From: Selaginella moellendorffii
Lineage: Eukaryota > Plantae > Lycopodiophyta
Assembly (NCBI RefSeq): GCF_000143415.4
Contig: NW_003314272.1
Coordinates: 55,144 to 119,143, forward strand
Direction of reading: 5' to 3'
Length of the DNA: 64,000 bases
The notes under the pieces are model-generated. The model was given only the letters and a program-made list of their open reading frames with translations. It was not told the DNA's origin and ran no database searches. The position numbers were made by a program, and so were the translations under genes. Position 1 is the stretch's first letter. Every line of letters starts with the position of its first letter. Positions 47,102 through 61,661 of the stretch are shown here, piece after piece.

Positions 47102-48038
47102 TCAAATCGATGGAACAACCTTTGGCCCCCTGTAGTTCCCCCTGTGAACCACAAACTCGCTCGAAGGTCTGAACTCCTGGAGGTGAACGGGATGCGCCTC
47201 GGCGCTGTCCGTGGCTTCTGCACGCAAGTAACTGCAAGGGTTGGTTGCAAGGCGTACGTGTTTTCTTATGGAGGAGAGACCCACCTGGGGAGGTGGCGGC
47301 GGCCAGGCGGTAGTAGACGCAAGGGCGGCCGGCAGTGGTGTTGTATGGCGGCGCGAGGACGTCCAGAACCGCGCAGGAGGTGACCGCCGTGAAGGAGTGG
47401 ATGTTGCCCCCGGACGTCGGGTACAGGACGGCGGTGTCACAGGGCGCCACCAGTACATGGTCCTTGACGGGCATCGCTAATCTGGCTGGGGGGACATTAC
47501 ATGTAAGCTTGGAAATCGCAGATTGCCCTTACGTGTGGAGGAGGCCGTGTGGTCCGAGGGATCTACCCAGTCGTACGACTTGACGTGCATGGAGCCATAG
47601 ATCAGCTTGCTCAGCACGGTCATACCCGGATGGTTGTGGAGAGGAAGGGCTGCCGACTGCGGCAGGCAAAAGATTCCCATCTGTGCTACCACCATCACGG
47701 CTTAGCTTGCTCAACCAACAGCGCGTCTCAACGACTTACAGAGAACTTGTTGCACTCGTAGAGATGCAAGTAAGTGATTGCCGGGGCGGCCGATTCCGGT
47801 GGCTGGTCGGTGGAGCGCCCATTTCTCTGGCAATTGTCCTCTTGGAGGCCGAGATCGGAGCACTTGATGTCGTCTGGGAGCGGGGCAAGGCAGTAAAATC
47901 AAGGCGCAGCAGTGTGAGCAGCTTACCCAGAACAGCGCGTACCCGTGCAACAGCTTCGGGGGCTGACACGCCTTGGACGCACGAGAAGGAGGCCTTGCAC
48001 ACCTCGTACAGCTTCTGGACGGCCGTCATGGCCGTCAT
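47102..48038 (-). CDS. PCO: Plant cysteine oxidase (PCO/ADO family)
   Basis: [74 protein letters not shown] and YRGPKV. Confidence 0.92.
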
Positions 48039-48261
48039 GGCGGCGACCGCGCGAGGATGCGAGTGCCCTAAGCTGCTTACTTTTCCATGAATTCCACTGC
48101 TTTGCCTCTTCAGGCTACATTCCGGGAGGTAAACTCTTTATGTTTTATGTTTTAGGGCGGATCTGACAACGTGGCGGTGGTGGCGGCTCCGCCCAGCCGC
48201 CAATTCTCCCTCCCCTCGCTCTCTCGGTCGTGGCGAGTTCGATACCCATTGGCACCAGATT

Positions 48262-48300
48262 GTTCTAGAAGCATTTCATGGAATATTCCCAGGGTATAAA
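48262..48300 (+). promoter_or_regulatory. Heat-shock elements plus TATA box upstream of CDC48
   Basis: gTTCtaGAAg (48262) and gGAAtaTTCc (48280) are inverted nGAAn pairs, immediately followed by TATAAA at 48295. Confidence 0.6.
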
Positions 48301-48354
48301 GGAGACTGTGCTGTATGCGTGCTAGGGTTTGGGTCATTTCAAGGGTAGGTAGCC

Positions 48355-51234
<2,880 letters not shown>

Positions 51235-51544
51235 TGGAAAAATTCTCGTGAACGAAGTGATGATTTGTGAGTGGAAAACAGTCCTGAACGGTTTCAGGTG
51301 AGGAGGAGCACGAGCGGGATGATGGCGACGAGGGAGAAGGTGGCGAGGAATGAAGAGAGCTTGAGAAGCAAGTGGAGGGCGGGCGGTAGAAGCGAGACGA
51401 GGACGAGGGCGAGCACGAGGAGCAGCGAGAGGCGCTGGGAGGGAGGCATGGTAGCATTTAGGGCTTGTCCACGTGGCAAAAAGAGGAGGCGTGGTAACCG
51501 ACTGGCAACAAGGCGAGAGGTTTAAGCGTGTTAGATCGAATGTC

Positions 51545-53131
51545 ATGGAGCTTGCGAGCAACGTAATCAAGGACCGATTGGCGTCGCTGGGCATCTCCTT
51601 GGCACCCGTGGCCGCGGACAAGACGGCACCGGACGTGCTGCTGGTTGCCAGGAGAGCTGCCCACAGCTCTTGCCGCGATGTGGTGCGAGTACTGGCGCAC
51701 TCGAGCGTGCTCAAGGAGTGTGACTCCTTCCGGGAATGGTTCATCGACTACGACGTGCGCATGGCGGAGGAGCGGCGGCGCAAGGCGCTTGTAGCGGACA
51801 TGGTGCAGAGTGTGATGAGGAATGTGGAGGAGGAGGCGAAAGTGAGGCAGGCAATCTCCAGCATGCTGGAGGGCGTCATGACCAACGTGATTGAGCTCCA
51901 CAAAGGCGACGAGGAGGAGGAAGCAGCGCACGGAGAGGAAGCGGCAGAGCGTAGGCCTGACATCGCGGCGGCGGCGCCAGAGGAGGAGGTGGAGATGCAG
52001 CGGTATATAGTCATAGAGAAGCTCGAGTGGACAGCCCCTGTCCTGCACGCCATTCTGGAATGGCTGTATACGCGCTGCTGCCACATCGATGTGGAGCATC
52101 TGTGGGCAGTGTACGAGGCGGCGGACAAGATGGTGCTGAGCAGCTTGAGCGGAGCCATCCGCGACTACAGCAGTCCGCATTACCTCCGGTACGCACTGGA
52201 CAAGGAGGAGGATCGTAAGGCCCTCCTCAGGCTGTGCTTCAAGGCGCGGTGCGCGGAGCTTGGGAGCCTGCGAGTGCTGTGCGAGAGCCTGTCCCGCTCG
52301 CCCATCTCCTCCTCCTTCTGCATGCTCCTCCACACGGCAGCCATCTCGTACAGGCGGCCATCCTTTCTGCCCGAGGGCCTCTACACCATGTCGGGGCATC
52401 CCGTCTGCTGTCTCAAGGAGGCCGAGCCGCTGGAGCCTCTCAAGCCGTACATCACCCTCGTCCGGGAGTCGGGCTGCCGCTTCCGCAGGAGAAAGGTGGC
52501 GGCAGCGGCAGCGGCAGCGAGCGGAGGAGTGGCGTCGGCCAAGATGAAGGACGTGGAGTGGCGGATCATGGACCTGGGCAGCAATGCTGCTCGATGCTGC
52601 CACACCTTGTTCCGCTACTCGGCGGAGGTAAGCTTCGAGGCGGCCACAAAGGCTGGCATGCTGGTGAAGCCGGTGCGCAAGGAGACGTTTAGCCTGAGGA
52701 TGGTGACGGGCTCCATGGTGAGCAGCATCATCAAGTGCGCGCTGGGCAAGGCCATCCCAGCCGCGGAGCTCAAGGTCAAGGAGGAGAGGGGATCGGGCTA
52801 CTACATCCGCGGCCCCAGCTACTGCTTCTCGCTGCTGCTCCAGGGCGAGCCCTCCATGATCCTGGTGGGTGCCAAGGCCATCCCCCATGACATGATCGGC
52901 CGTGCGGCACTGCGGATCAGGAATCCCTCGGAGCGCACCTTTGCCAGATTCCTTCCCGCCATGAGGTCCTTCGGCGTCGACTTTGAGGCCAACACGCTCT
53001 ACATCATCAAGCCGCTGCACAGCATCATCCGCATTCTCGAGTTTGTGGCGGGCGTCAGCCGCGAGGCCTTCACCCCGCTCGAGTTCGAGAGGCATGTGGT
53101 GGAAGTTGTCGAGGCCACGGATCCTTTTTAA
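51545..53131 (+). CDS. Intronless protein with a divergent, split BTB/POZ-like domain (start uncertain)
   Basis: PDVLLV..VLAHSSVLKECDSFREWF and VLHAILEWLYT..VYEAADKMVLSSL resemble the two halves of a BTB domain. Strong GC3 coding bias. Confidence 0.6.
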   Translation: MELASNVIKDRLASLGISLAPVAADKTAPDVLLVARRAAHSSCRDVVRVLAHSSVLKECDSFREWFIDYDVRMAEERRRKALVADMVQSVMRNVEEEAKVRQAISSMLEGVMTNVIELHKGDEEEEAAHGEEAAERRPDIAAAAPEEEVEMQRYIVIEKLEWTAPVLHAILEWLYTRCCHIDVEHLWAVYEAADKMVLSSLSGAIRDYSSPHYLRYALDKEEDRKALLRLCFKARCAELGSLRVLCESLSRSPISSSFCMLLHTAAISYRRPSFLPEGLYTMSGHPVCCLKEAEPLEPLKPYITLVRESGCRFRRRKVAAAAAAASGGVASAKMKDVEWRIMDLGSNAARCCHTLFRYSAEVSFEAATKAGMLVKPVRKETFSLRMVTGSMVSSIIKCALGKAIPAAELKVKEERGSGYYIRGPSYCFSLLLQGEPSMILVGAKAIPHDMIGRAALRIRNPSERTFARFLPAMRSFGVDFEANTLYIIKPLHSIIRILEFVAGVSREAFTPLEFERHVVEVVEATDPF

Positions 53132-53169
53132 CCACAAAAGCAATACAAGTACACACCACCTTGCTTTGC

Positions 53170-55059
53170 TTAGAGCAGCCCCCGGCGGCGCTTGTAGTCG
53201 TTGACCGTGAGCGTGAGGCTGTGGCGCCGGCCGTCGTCGGCGTCGACGCGCACACCGTAGTGAGCTTCCATCTTCCGCTTCCGCTCCATGAAGGCCATGG
53301 CTGCTCCCTGCCCGCCTTTGAAGCGCTCCAGTGCGGCCAACGATATGGGCAAGTCGAAGTCGTGCAGGCTAAACATCTTGGAGAACTGGCGTCCCATCAG
53401 GCGGCCATTGCCAGCCTTGGTCAGCTCCTGCAAAAAGCCCGCCCCGTCTTTGCCCGCCTTATCACCCCCGATGGCTTCGCTGTGCTCCTCCGCTGCGGTC
53501 TTTGGAGCGTCCGACTTGTAGTAGTTTTGTGACCTTGTCCACCTCCGGGAGAAGGGATCGTAGCCCGCCTCGCCCATCTTGGCCGCTGGCTTGAGTTCCG
53601 ACGCGTTTTTAAAGTTTTCAAACCTGTTCCTCCGGTTCATCATCTCGATACGTTCCGCCTTTTCATTCTTGGTTTGCTGCTTGGACGCCAGAGACTCGAG
53701 CTCCTTGAGCTTCTCGTGCAGCCGCTCTATCTGCTCCTGGTCTCCCTTGCCTTCAGCGACGCTCAGGTCCTTCATCACTCTTTCCTTTTCCAGCGCCAAG
53801 TTGGACGGCCTCGCCGATGCCATCTTCTTCTCCTGCAGCATCTGCTTCACTGCTGCAGCCGAGTAGACGAAGGAGGCGATCTTCTCCAGGGCCTCGGCCT
53901 TGTCCCTCACCGCCGACTTGCTGATGCCGGGAGAGTCCGACTTGGCCACCTCCGCCTTCCATGCATCGATCTCGTCGTCTGTAGGGGCCTGGTCGGATGC
54001 TCGAACCATCTGCCAGCGAGCCGCCGAGGAGTCGTCCCCCCACGTACAGTTGAGATACTTGTGCGTGGTGCGGTTTTCAAACTTGTAGGGCTTGTCCGGC
54101 TCCGTAGCATCCACATTCTTCACGAGGCACAGGCGGTACATGCTTGTGCCGCTGTTGGACATGCCGATGCCAATGCGCACGAAGCATCCCACGATCACCT
54201 CCTCAAAAAACGGCTCCATGAACCACTTTGACAGCTTGGACCTCCGGATGGTGATCTTCCTGATGTCCTCGTTGTCGGGCAGGCTCACTCGCCCCCCCCG
54301 CTCGTCGTCGTCGTCATCCGAAGGTACGTCGCTGCGGTTGGATTCTCCTCGGCTGCTCTCCTCGTCGTCGTCGTCTTCGGAATCAGCATCAGAATTGGAG
54401 CTGGGGCTGGCGCTACGGCGGGGCGGAGGAGCAGCCGCACCACCTGCAACATTCTCCCGTCTCTTCCTCTGCTGGTGCTGGTGCTGGTGCTGATGCTGCT
54501 GCTGCTGCTGTAGCTGGCTCGCATCCTGCGACCTCTGCCTCTTGGCCACCAGCTCGCTCAGAGCGTTGGTCTTGGAGGTTTTGGTGGTTTCCCTGCCCGA
54601 GGACCTCATCCGGGACGAGGGTGGCCCGTCCCTCTTCCGCTCCTCCTCTGCAATGCGCGCCTCGGTCGACTTCTTGAGGCTATAGTTGTCTCGCTTCTCC
54701 GACCTCTCGTGCAGGATCATCTCCCTCTCCAGCTCCGTCATCGCCTCCAGCTTCCGCTTGTCCTCGTCGTCCTTGTACAGATCACTCCCAAACGACAGGT
54801 CGCTCCCAGAGCCCTCGTCCCTGTCCCCGCCATCAAACCTCTTCTTGAGTGGCATCTTGGAGCCGCCCTTGCCCTTTTTGTCGTAGTCGTCTTCATCCTC
54901 CTCCTCGTCCTCGTCAGAGCTGGAGCTGGAGCCTCTCCTGGAGCTCCTCTTACCATCTCTCTTGCTGGCGGCGCCGCTGCTAGCGTTCGTGTTGCTGCCG
55001 CTCTTGCGACCAGCAGCGGCCAGGAGCATGTGCTCCAGATCGAGGGCGTCGTCCGCCAT
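53170..55059 (-). CDS. VIP5: RTF1 homologue / VIP5 (Paf1 complex, Plus3 domain), intronless
   Basis: LEAMTELEREMIL, ITIRRSKLSKWFMEPFFEE..VGCFVRIGIG, YDPFSRRWTRS and LTVNDYKRRRGLL. Confidence 0.93.
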   Translation of the reverse strand: MADDALDLEHMLLAAAGRKSGSNTNASSGAASKRDGKRSSRRGSSSSSDEDEEEDEDDYDKKGKGGSKMPLKKRFDGGDRDEGSGSDLSFGSDLYKDDEDKRKLEAMTELEREMILHERSEKRDNYSLKKSTEARIAEEERKRDGPPSSRMRSSGRETTKTSKTNALSELVAKRQRSQDASQLQQQQQHQHQHQHQQRKRRENVAGGAAAPPPRRSASPSSNSDADSEDDDDEESSRGESNRSDVPSDDDDDERGGRVSLPDNEDIRKITIRRSKLSKWFMEPFFEEVIVGCFVRIGIGMSNSGTSMYRLCLVKNVDATEPDKPYKFENRTTHKYLNCTWGDDSSAARWQMVRASDQAPTDDEIDAWKAEVAKSDSPGISKSAVRDKAEALEKIASFVYSAAAVKQMLQEKKMASARPSNLALEKERVMKDLSVAEGKGDQEQIERLHEKLKELESLASKQQTKNEKAERIEMMNRRNRFENFKNASELKPAAKMGEAGYDPFSRRWTRSQNYYKSDAPKTAAEEHSEAIGGDKAGKDGAGFLQELTKAGNGRLMGRQFSKMFSLHDFDLPISLAALERFKGGQGAAMAFMERKRKMEAHYGVRVDADDGRRHSLTLTVNDYKRRRGLL

Positions 55060-55108
55060 GGCCACTCCTCTGACCTAATACTAAGATGAGCTCAAAAGAG
55101 CTCACTCG

Positions 55109-55118
55109 TTAGGGTTTT
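55109..55118 (-). promoter_or_regulatory. Telo-box (AAACCCTAA) in the 87-bp spacer between divergent genes
   Basis: TTAGGGTTTT on the + strand between the RTF1 and LRR-kinase start codons. Confidence 0.45.
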
Positions 55119-55146
55119 AGAGGAGCGTGCGAGTTCTAGGCGGCGT

Positions 55147-58100
55147 ATGGCGTCGGGGGAGGGCCATAGCGAGGGAGCGGAGGGGCACGGGGCGCCGGGC
55201 CAGGGCCCGGGCAGTGCCAACAAGGCGGAGGAGGAGGAGGAGGGGGAGGAGGGTGACGATGTGATCGATGTCTCTCCCTCAGGCTGCTGCGCCTCGTCGC
55301 TGGCGTGCGTCCCAGCTGCAAAGTCCCAGCGGGCCAAGCAAATGTACGTGTTTGACAACGTTTTCACCCTTTTGCCACGCTCTCTTCTGCAATTCACGAG
55401 CCTCCGGGTCCTCAAGGTCTTCTCCAACGCCGCGCGCTACTTCCCCGACCTTGACGACGACTGCTTCCCCCAGTTGGAGCAGCTCCAGGTGAGGGCATCT
55501 CCACTGGGACTGTCCAGCCTTTTGCCGCTTGGGAAAATGCCCGCTCTCAAGACGCTCGAGCTCCACCAGCTTCCGCTCCGCCCCTCTGCGTCCTTTCTAC
55601 CAGCCGAGATTGCCAACCTCCAGGAGCTCCGACGGCTTTCGGTCTGTCACTTCTCAATCTCGTAAGTCACTCCTCCTTCTCTGTTTCGCATCCAAACTCT
55701 CGCTTTTCAGGTATCTACCACCAGAAATTGGATCCCTTCACAGCCTCCAGGAGCTGGACTTGTCGTTTAACAAGCTCAAGCTCTTACCCAAGGAAATATC
55801 CGGATTGACATCACTTAAATCGCTCAAGCTCTCAAACAACAAGCTGGGGGAGCTCCCTTCGTCTATTAGTACAATGCTTTCACTGGCCACCCTTGATGTT
55901 GGCCATAATAGACTAACTTCGCTCCTCACACTGGATCTGCAAGCTATGACTTCCTTGCAAGAACTAAATGCTCAAGTAGGCTCTAGCGGTACTTCAAGCT
56001 TCCTACTTTGGTTCGTTTCTCATCTATCTCTTCTCCTCTTGTGCAGTTTAATAAGTTGCAAGCGACTGGAGAGATTCCAACATGGCTCAGGTGCAACTTT
56101 GAGGGTAACGAGTGGCTGCAATTTTATTCGGAGAGAAAAAAGGCTAAAGGTAATTTACTGTCTACTTTATTTTTGAAAGGAACGTAACTTGATGGATGGA
56201 ACAGGATCTAGGAACTCCGGCAATCGGTCAAAGCTGGGAGTTGAAAGCAGGCGGTGCAAGACATTGGGGTCTGCGATACCTGAGGAAATGGTGCTCCTGG
56301 ATTCTGGAAACTACCGGACTGTTGACAAGAGAGGAAGCGCAAACGAGCTTGGGGAAAGTACAGATTTGCCGCTACAAAGCAAGCAACTAACAGTGACAGA
56401 GAAGGCTGGCACTCATGCAGGTTCGACTCACAAGAGGCTTGGGCATTGTCCTGTTGAAGGTAATCCAAAGCCTAGCAAGCGTCGGAAGGCAGCTGAGAAG
56501 TTCTCTGAGGTGTCATACAAGTACAGCAAAGATTCCTTCTGTGGTTTCGATGACCATCTTGTGGATGGTTTTTACGACGCGGGCAGGGACCATCCTTTTC
56601 TTCCGCTGGAAGCCTTGGAAAATGAGCAGTTCAGTTTCAACAGGCGCGAGGTTATACTGGTCGACAGGTAGGCACGCGTTCTAAAGCTGCAAATTACAAG
56701 CTGCTGCTCTGGGTACCTGCAGAACCAAAGACGAGGATTTGGACGCGATGGCTTCATCCGCTAAACAACTGCTTGTTAGTCTTGGACCTGGCGGGGCAAC
56801 ATTTGAGCATGGTTCGAGTGACTTGTACAACGTTGCAATGCTGGCCTTGTTCGTGTCAGATTGTTTGGGTGGGAGCGACAAGACGTTGAATGTTAAAATC
56901 ATGCGGCGCACTGCACTTGGTTCTACGTCAAGTATGCCCTTCGTGTGTTCGTGCTGCGCAACAGGGCCAAGCGACAGTGGTGCCTCTTTTTCCGGTGCGC
57001 TTCCAAGCATGCGTACACTCAGTGACGAAGCAATAAGACATGTCAAGCTTAAGAGGAACTCCAACGTAGTACCTTTGGGATCATTGCCTTATGGCGTTTG
57101 TCGGCACCGGGCAATACTCATGAAGGTATGTTCTAAGCATTGTGTGCTTTATTCACGTCTTGTTTTGCAGTATCTTTGCGATCGATCGAGTCCCGTTATT
57201 CCTTGTGAGCTAGTGCGGGGATATTTGGATTATATGCCGCATGCTTGGAACGTTGTTCTTGTTTGTAGGGGTGGTGTTAACGTCAGGATGCTTGTCGACG
57301 CGTGTCGTCCTCTTGATATCAGGCTTGAAAGCGATCCAGAGTATTTCTGCCGGTTCGTTTCGAGGTTTTCCATTTTCGTTTTGTTTAAACAAAGTTTTTA
57401 TTTCCTCTCTAGGTACATTCCAACCCGGCGGATACATGTGCAGCCTAGGGTGGTGGAGCTAGGCAGCGGGACGTTTTTGCCTCTGTTTTACGAGGAGATT
57501 GGTTTTGGTGCTTCCGGTGCAGAGGTTAGGAAATGCAGCGTTGGAGGTCATACGGCAGCTGCAAAGGTAAAACGTGCATGGAGATTTGGTTTTTTTTTTT
57601 TTTTTTTGTTTTCTTTTTTCTCAGTACAAGCTTCTACCAGATCCGGCAGCTGGATTCTGCGGTTGTCAAAGAATCATCGGATGGTGGGTGGCTCAGTGAG
57701 TTGCGCATACACTGTAGCATCGGAGAGCATCCCAATGTTGTCGCGTTCTATGGTCATCAGCTATCGTTTGAATCCGCTGCGTCGAATGGCGCAAACAAAA
57801 AGCTGGACGCTCCCCAGCTGGTTATATTTATGGAGTATGTCAAGGGCGGGTCGCTAGACGTGAGTTGCTGGTTGCAAAATTTCCTGGTTTGCCGTACTAA
57901 TTTGTTTTTGCAGAATGTTATCACTCGCTTCTCAAAAGATGGCTGCCTCTATACACCGCCCCGATTAGCAATAAATATTGCTGAAAGTGTAGCTCAAGGT
58001 CTGGTTTGGCTTCACTCAAGGGGGATCATCCACCGTGACATCAAAAGCAGTAACATACTGGTAGATTTGGATTCTCCTGACAATAGACCGGTAGTCAAGA

Positions 58101-58659
58101 TTTGTGACTTTGATAGTGCCGTTCCTGTGGGTTCCTCGTCTATCCACACCTGTTACTTGGCACATCATGGTCTACCCCTTACTGATGTCTGCGTAGGCAC
58201 TCCTCGATGGATTGCTCCAGAAGTGCTGGGTGCTATGTATACTCGTCAGCAGTACGGGCTGGTAAGCATCCTCTTTCCAAACAATCGTAACAGACATCAT
58301 TCATGTCTGTGTGTCTACAGGAAGCAGATATGTGGTCTTTCGGCTGTTTCATCTCAGAATTGTTGACACTAAACGTTCCTTATGCGGGAATCGGGGACAA
58401 TGAAATTCACAATCACATCAAAGTAAGTGTAGTAGTGACGATATTGTCGTCTCCTTCTCATGCTTTGGTGGGGCAGGCTGGAGAGAGGCCCTCGTTAACG
58501 TGGAAGCTTGATGAGATTGTCCTTGAGCCAGCCGTTGGCGGCGACAAAGATTGCCTAGATGCTTTGATACGTCTGTATGAGTCATGCACAGAGCTTGATC
58601 CTGGCAAACGGCCAACTGCACAAGAAGCTTTGTCGTCTTTACAGAAGCTGGTGGAATGA
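55147..58659 (+). CDS. LRR + EDR1-domain Raf-like protein kinase (At1g04210-like)
   Basis: LRRs (LQELDLSFNKLKLLPKEI), DGFYDAGRD, GVCRHRAILMK, CELVRGYLDYMPHAWN, IIHRDIKSSNIL, KICDFD and GTPRWIAPE. Confidence 0.9.
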
Positions 58660-59024
58660 GGAAGATTCATCATCCGACCCCAAAAGGTATGCTTTGAGCT
58701 GCACTGGTATTGATCATATTCATGTTTTTTAGCAGGCATTTCTTGTGTCTTGCGAAAGGGAATATCGCACAGATTGTTATATACATTTGGAGGGTCAGTT
58801 TCTTTGCGTCTATATTTTATATTTTATACAACTTTCTCATTTTGTTTAATTACAACAGCTATCAACAATTGAAGTTGAAGCAAAGCAGGCATCAATGAAG
58901 ATGGAAAGGCAATCAACCGATGCCTTTGATTCGCGAGCTGCCTTTGCTGCAAGGGATACCCCGTTGGATCCGATTTATGGGTCTATAAAAGTTAGCTCTT
59001 TCATAAGACGTGAGAAGACAAGCC

Positions 59025-60179
59025 ATGGAGGGAGGCGGCAGTAAGGTGGCCAAGTTTGCTCCCCGGGTGGATATGATGGGAATGAGCTTGCAATCGTCAA
59101 CAGCCAACAGGGCGGTAGTAGATGTCCTCTTTGCGATCTTGAATCCTCACCCGGTGGAACTTAAGCTGGTGGAAGTTGAGTTTGCGTTTGAGAAGGAAGA
59201 CGACAGTGAAGTTGCGCTTGTGAAGCTGGTCCAGTATCCCAGTACAATTCAAGCGTGCTCCTCGACGCTGATGATGGTGCCAGTGGAGTTGAAGCAGGCA
59301 GATGTCAGTCACGTTGCATCGCACACAATGAAGGCTCAACTCAATTTTAGGCCGAACAGCATCAGCGATTTTTTCACGGTGAGTGTGGGTAAGGTGAAGG
59401 ACTTTTTCAAGGTGCTGCAACCAGAAGGTGGACGGGCTTCCGGGTACGTCAACGGGGTGCACATTTCGTCCCTTTCTCCCGAGGAAGTCAAATTCAGCAT
59501 CATTCTGCGAGTCTCCAACGGCAACACCATCCCAGTGGAGCTTGAAAGAGCGGAATTCGCTCTGGAGGAGGAGAGCAAGGTCAAGGTGGCTGATAAGGTG
59601 GTGCGCGCACTCCAGACCATCAATCCCAAGAGCCAGAAGCGAATCGAGATCGGCCTGACGGTCGGGAAGGAGGAAATGAAAGCGGCTTCTCTTCCAGCTC
59701 CAGGCAACATGCTGAGCCTGAAGCTTAGGATGGACTTTTGGTTCAAGGATTCCTCTCACGGCGAGTACAAGATCTCTCAGGACAAATCCGTCTCTTTCCC
59801 AGTGCTGGCTCCCGCAGCAGCCCAGGTGAAGGAGGTGGTGTTTGAGCACGATGCTTCTGGCGTCCCCGTTGCCAGGATGCAGCTGCAACTCAAAGTCGTC
59901 CCCATCAAGCTTAACGCCATACCTCTCCTCGACTACACGATACGCCACACCGCTTCTATGAAAGAGCCCGTGGCCAAACTCGCGAGCTGGTCGCTCCTTG
60001 GGCACGGTGACGCGACGACACTGGAAGAGGAGATGGCGGTGGAAGCTGTGTTGCAGCCCCTGGACGATTCAGCATTTGGCTCGGCACTGTGGGAGGTGTT
60101 TTGCGACAGAAGCACCAACTACACGTCCACCGTGACCATCGAGGGGAATTCCCTTGAGTATGGTACAGTTCGCATGTAG
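59025..60179 (+). CDS. Intronless LEA_2/WHy-domain protein with three apparent repeats
   Basis: LNPHPVELKL and SNGNTIPVEL are WHy-type motifs. The C-terminal FGSALWEVF..TNYT resembles FGSALWDMI..TGYT of two-domain LEA_2 proteins. Confidence 0.6.
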   Translation: MEGGGSKVAKFAPRVDMMGMSLQSSTANRAVVDVLFAILNPHPVELKLVEVEFAFEKEDDSEVALVKLVQYPSTIQACSSTLMMVPVELKQADVSHVASHTMKAQLNFRPNSISDFFTVSVGKVKDFFKVLQPEGGRASGYVNGVHISSLSPEEVKFSIILRVSNGNTIPVELERAEFALEEESKVKVADKVVRALQTINPKSQKRIEIGLTVGKEEMKAASLPAPGNMLSLKLRMDFWFKDSSHGEYKISQDKSVSFPVLAPAAAQVKEVVFEHDASGVPVARMQLQLKVVPIKLNAIPLLDYTIRHTASMKEPVAKLASWSLLGHGDATTLEEEMAVEAVLQPLDDSAFGSALWEVFCDRSTNYTSTVTIEGNSLEYGTVRM

Positions 60180-60223
60180 CTAGCACCTCTCCATTCTCGT
60201 TGAATAACAAGAAAATATTTCGT

Positions 60224-61611
60224 TCATGGTAACCTGGGAACCTTGGAAAAATTGGGCTGCCTGCCCTCCAGATAAGACTTCCTCCCTTCCTCGCCCTCTT
60301 CAGAGCCGTAGAACAGAAGCGTCGCGTTTCCAGCCAGCTCCTGCACATGCATCACGCATGCACTCGAGTGATCCAGCAACCAAGAAAATCGCGGAAAATC
60401 ACACCTGAAGGCCAGCATGCCCGTCTTCCACGGCGTTGAGCGCAGACTTGAGAACCCGGATGGCAGTGGGGCTATTCTTGAGCATTTGACGGCACCACTT
60501 GATTGTCTCCATCTCCAGCTCCGCGACCTTTTAAAAAGAAATGTATATAGCATGACCGCGGCGATTGCTCGACCGACTTACAGGCACCACCGCGTTGACA
60601 AGACCCATCTCCAGGGCTTGCTGCGCATCGTAAAATCTCGCAAGGAACCACATCTCTCTCGCTCGCTTCTGCCCAACCTGCAAAGTAGCAATTGTAGCAC
60701 CACTGGCATGGACGCACAGACTTACCAACCGGGCCATGATGCTACAGCCATAGCCAGCGTCAAAACTGCCCACCTTGGGCCCAGTCTGCCCAAACATGGC
60801 ATTGTCCGCAGCGATAGTTATGTCGCACACCATGTGGAGGACGTGACCTCCACCAACTGCGTAGCCAGCAACCTGCTCTAGAGATGATGAAGCATGCTTC
60901 CATCCAAACCAAAGAAACGAAATCGACTGCTCACCATTGCGACGACGGGCTTAGGGAGCCTCCGAATTTGCATCTGTGAACACAGGTCATGACTCTCAAC
61001 TGGAGATGTAACAGCTTGTTGCTTGCCTGCAAGTCCAAAACGTTGAGACGCGCAATGTTGTCTTGACCGACATAGCCATGCTTTCCACGCACTGATTGAT
61101 CACCTCCACTGCAGAATGCATCGGTCCCCTGCAAGAGACATACGTAGAGCTAAGTATAAGGGGAAAGCTACTACCTGGCCTGTTAGTATCACCACTCCCA
61201 CGTCCTTGTCGTCTCGAGCGGCAGACAATGCACGCTGCATCTCGGTGACTGTTCGAGGAGTGAAGGCATTCCTCTTGTGCGCTCTGTTGATGGTGATCTG
61301 AGCCAACAGTTGAAGAAAGGATGAGCACAACTAGTACTCCCAAGCCACTCCCAAGCCACTCCCAAGCTTACTTTTGCTATTCCTTCTCCAAGAGCCTTGT
61401 GGTATAGCACCTCCTCTAGCTCTGGGCCGTCGCCTACCCAGGACTTGAGCCACACTACCCTCTCGCAAGAGATATCCCCGTGACGGCGTTCATAGCTACT
61501 TTGGCTTCGTCTGCAAACCACAGCTTCCAGCCTGCAACTTGAATCCTCGGTCAAGGGTGGTACCAGATGAGAAGAAAGGCGAGCGAGGCGACAGCGTGAC
61601 TTGTCCGCCAT
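60224..61611 (-). CDS. MENB: 1,4-dihydroxy-2-naphthoyl-CoA synthase (peroxisomal, PTS2)
   Basis: [49 protein letters not shown] and [11 protein letters not shown]-terminal RLARLSSHL fits the PTS2 pattern RLx5HL. Confidence 0.95.
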
Positions 61612-61661
61612 AGCCAACTTACTGGACGTTATCCACACCAATCACTAAAAGCTTGCATTAC

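Noticed and set aside
51458-53143. 561-aa antisense ORF fully overlapping the BTB-like gene
   Set aside because: Typical shadow ORF arising from high GC3 codon bias on the opposite strand. It has no recognisable motifs.
58100-58115. Kinase DFG motif reads DFD
   Set aside because: As I recall, DFD is normal for the At1g04210-like LRR kinase family, so it is not a novel lesion.
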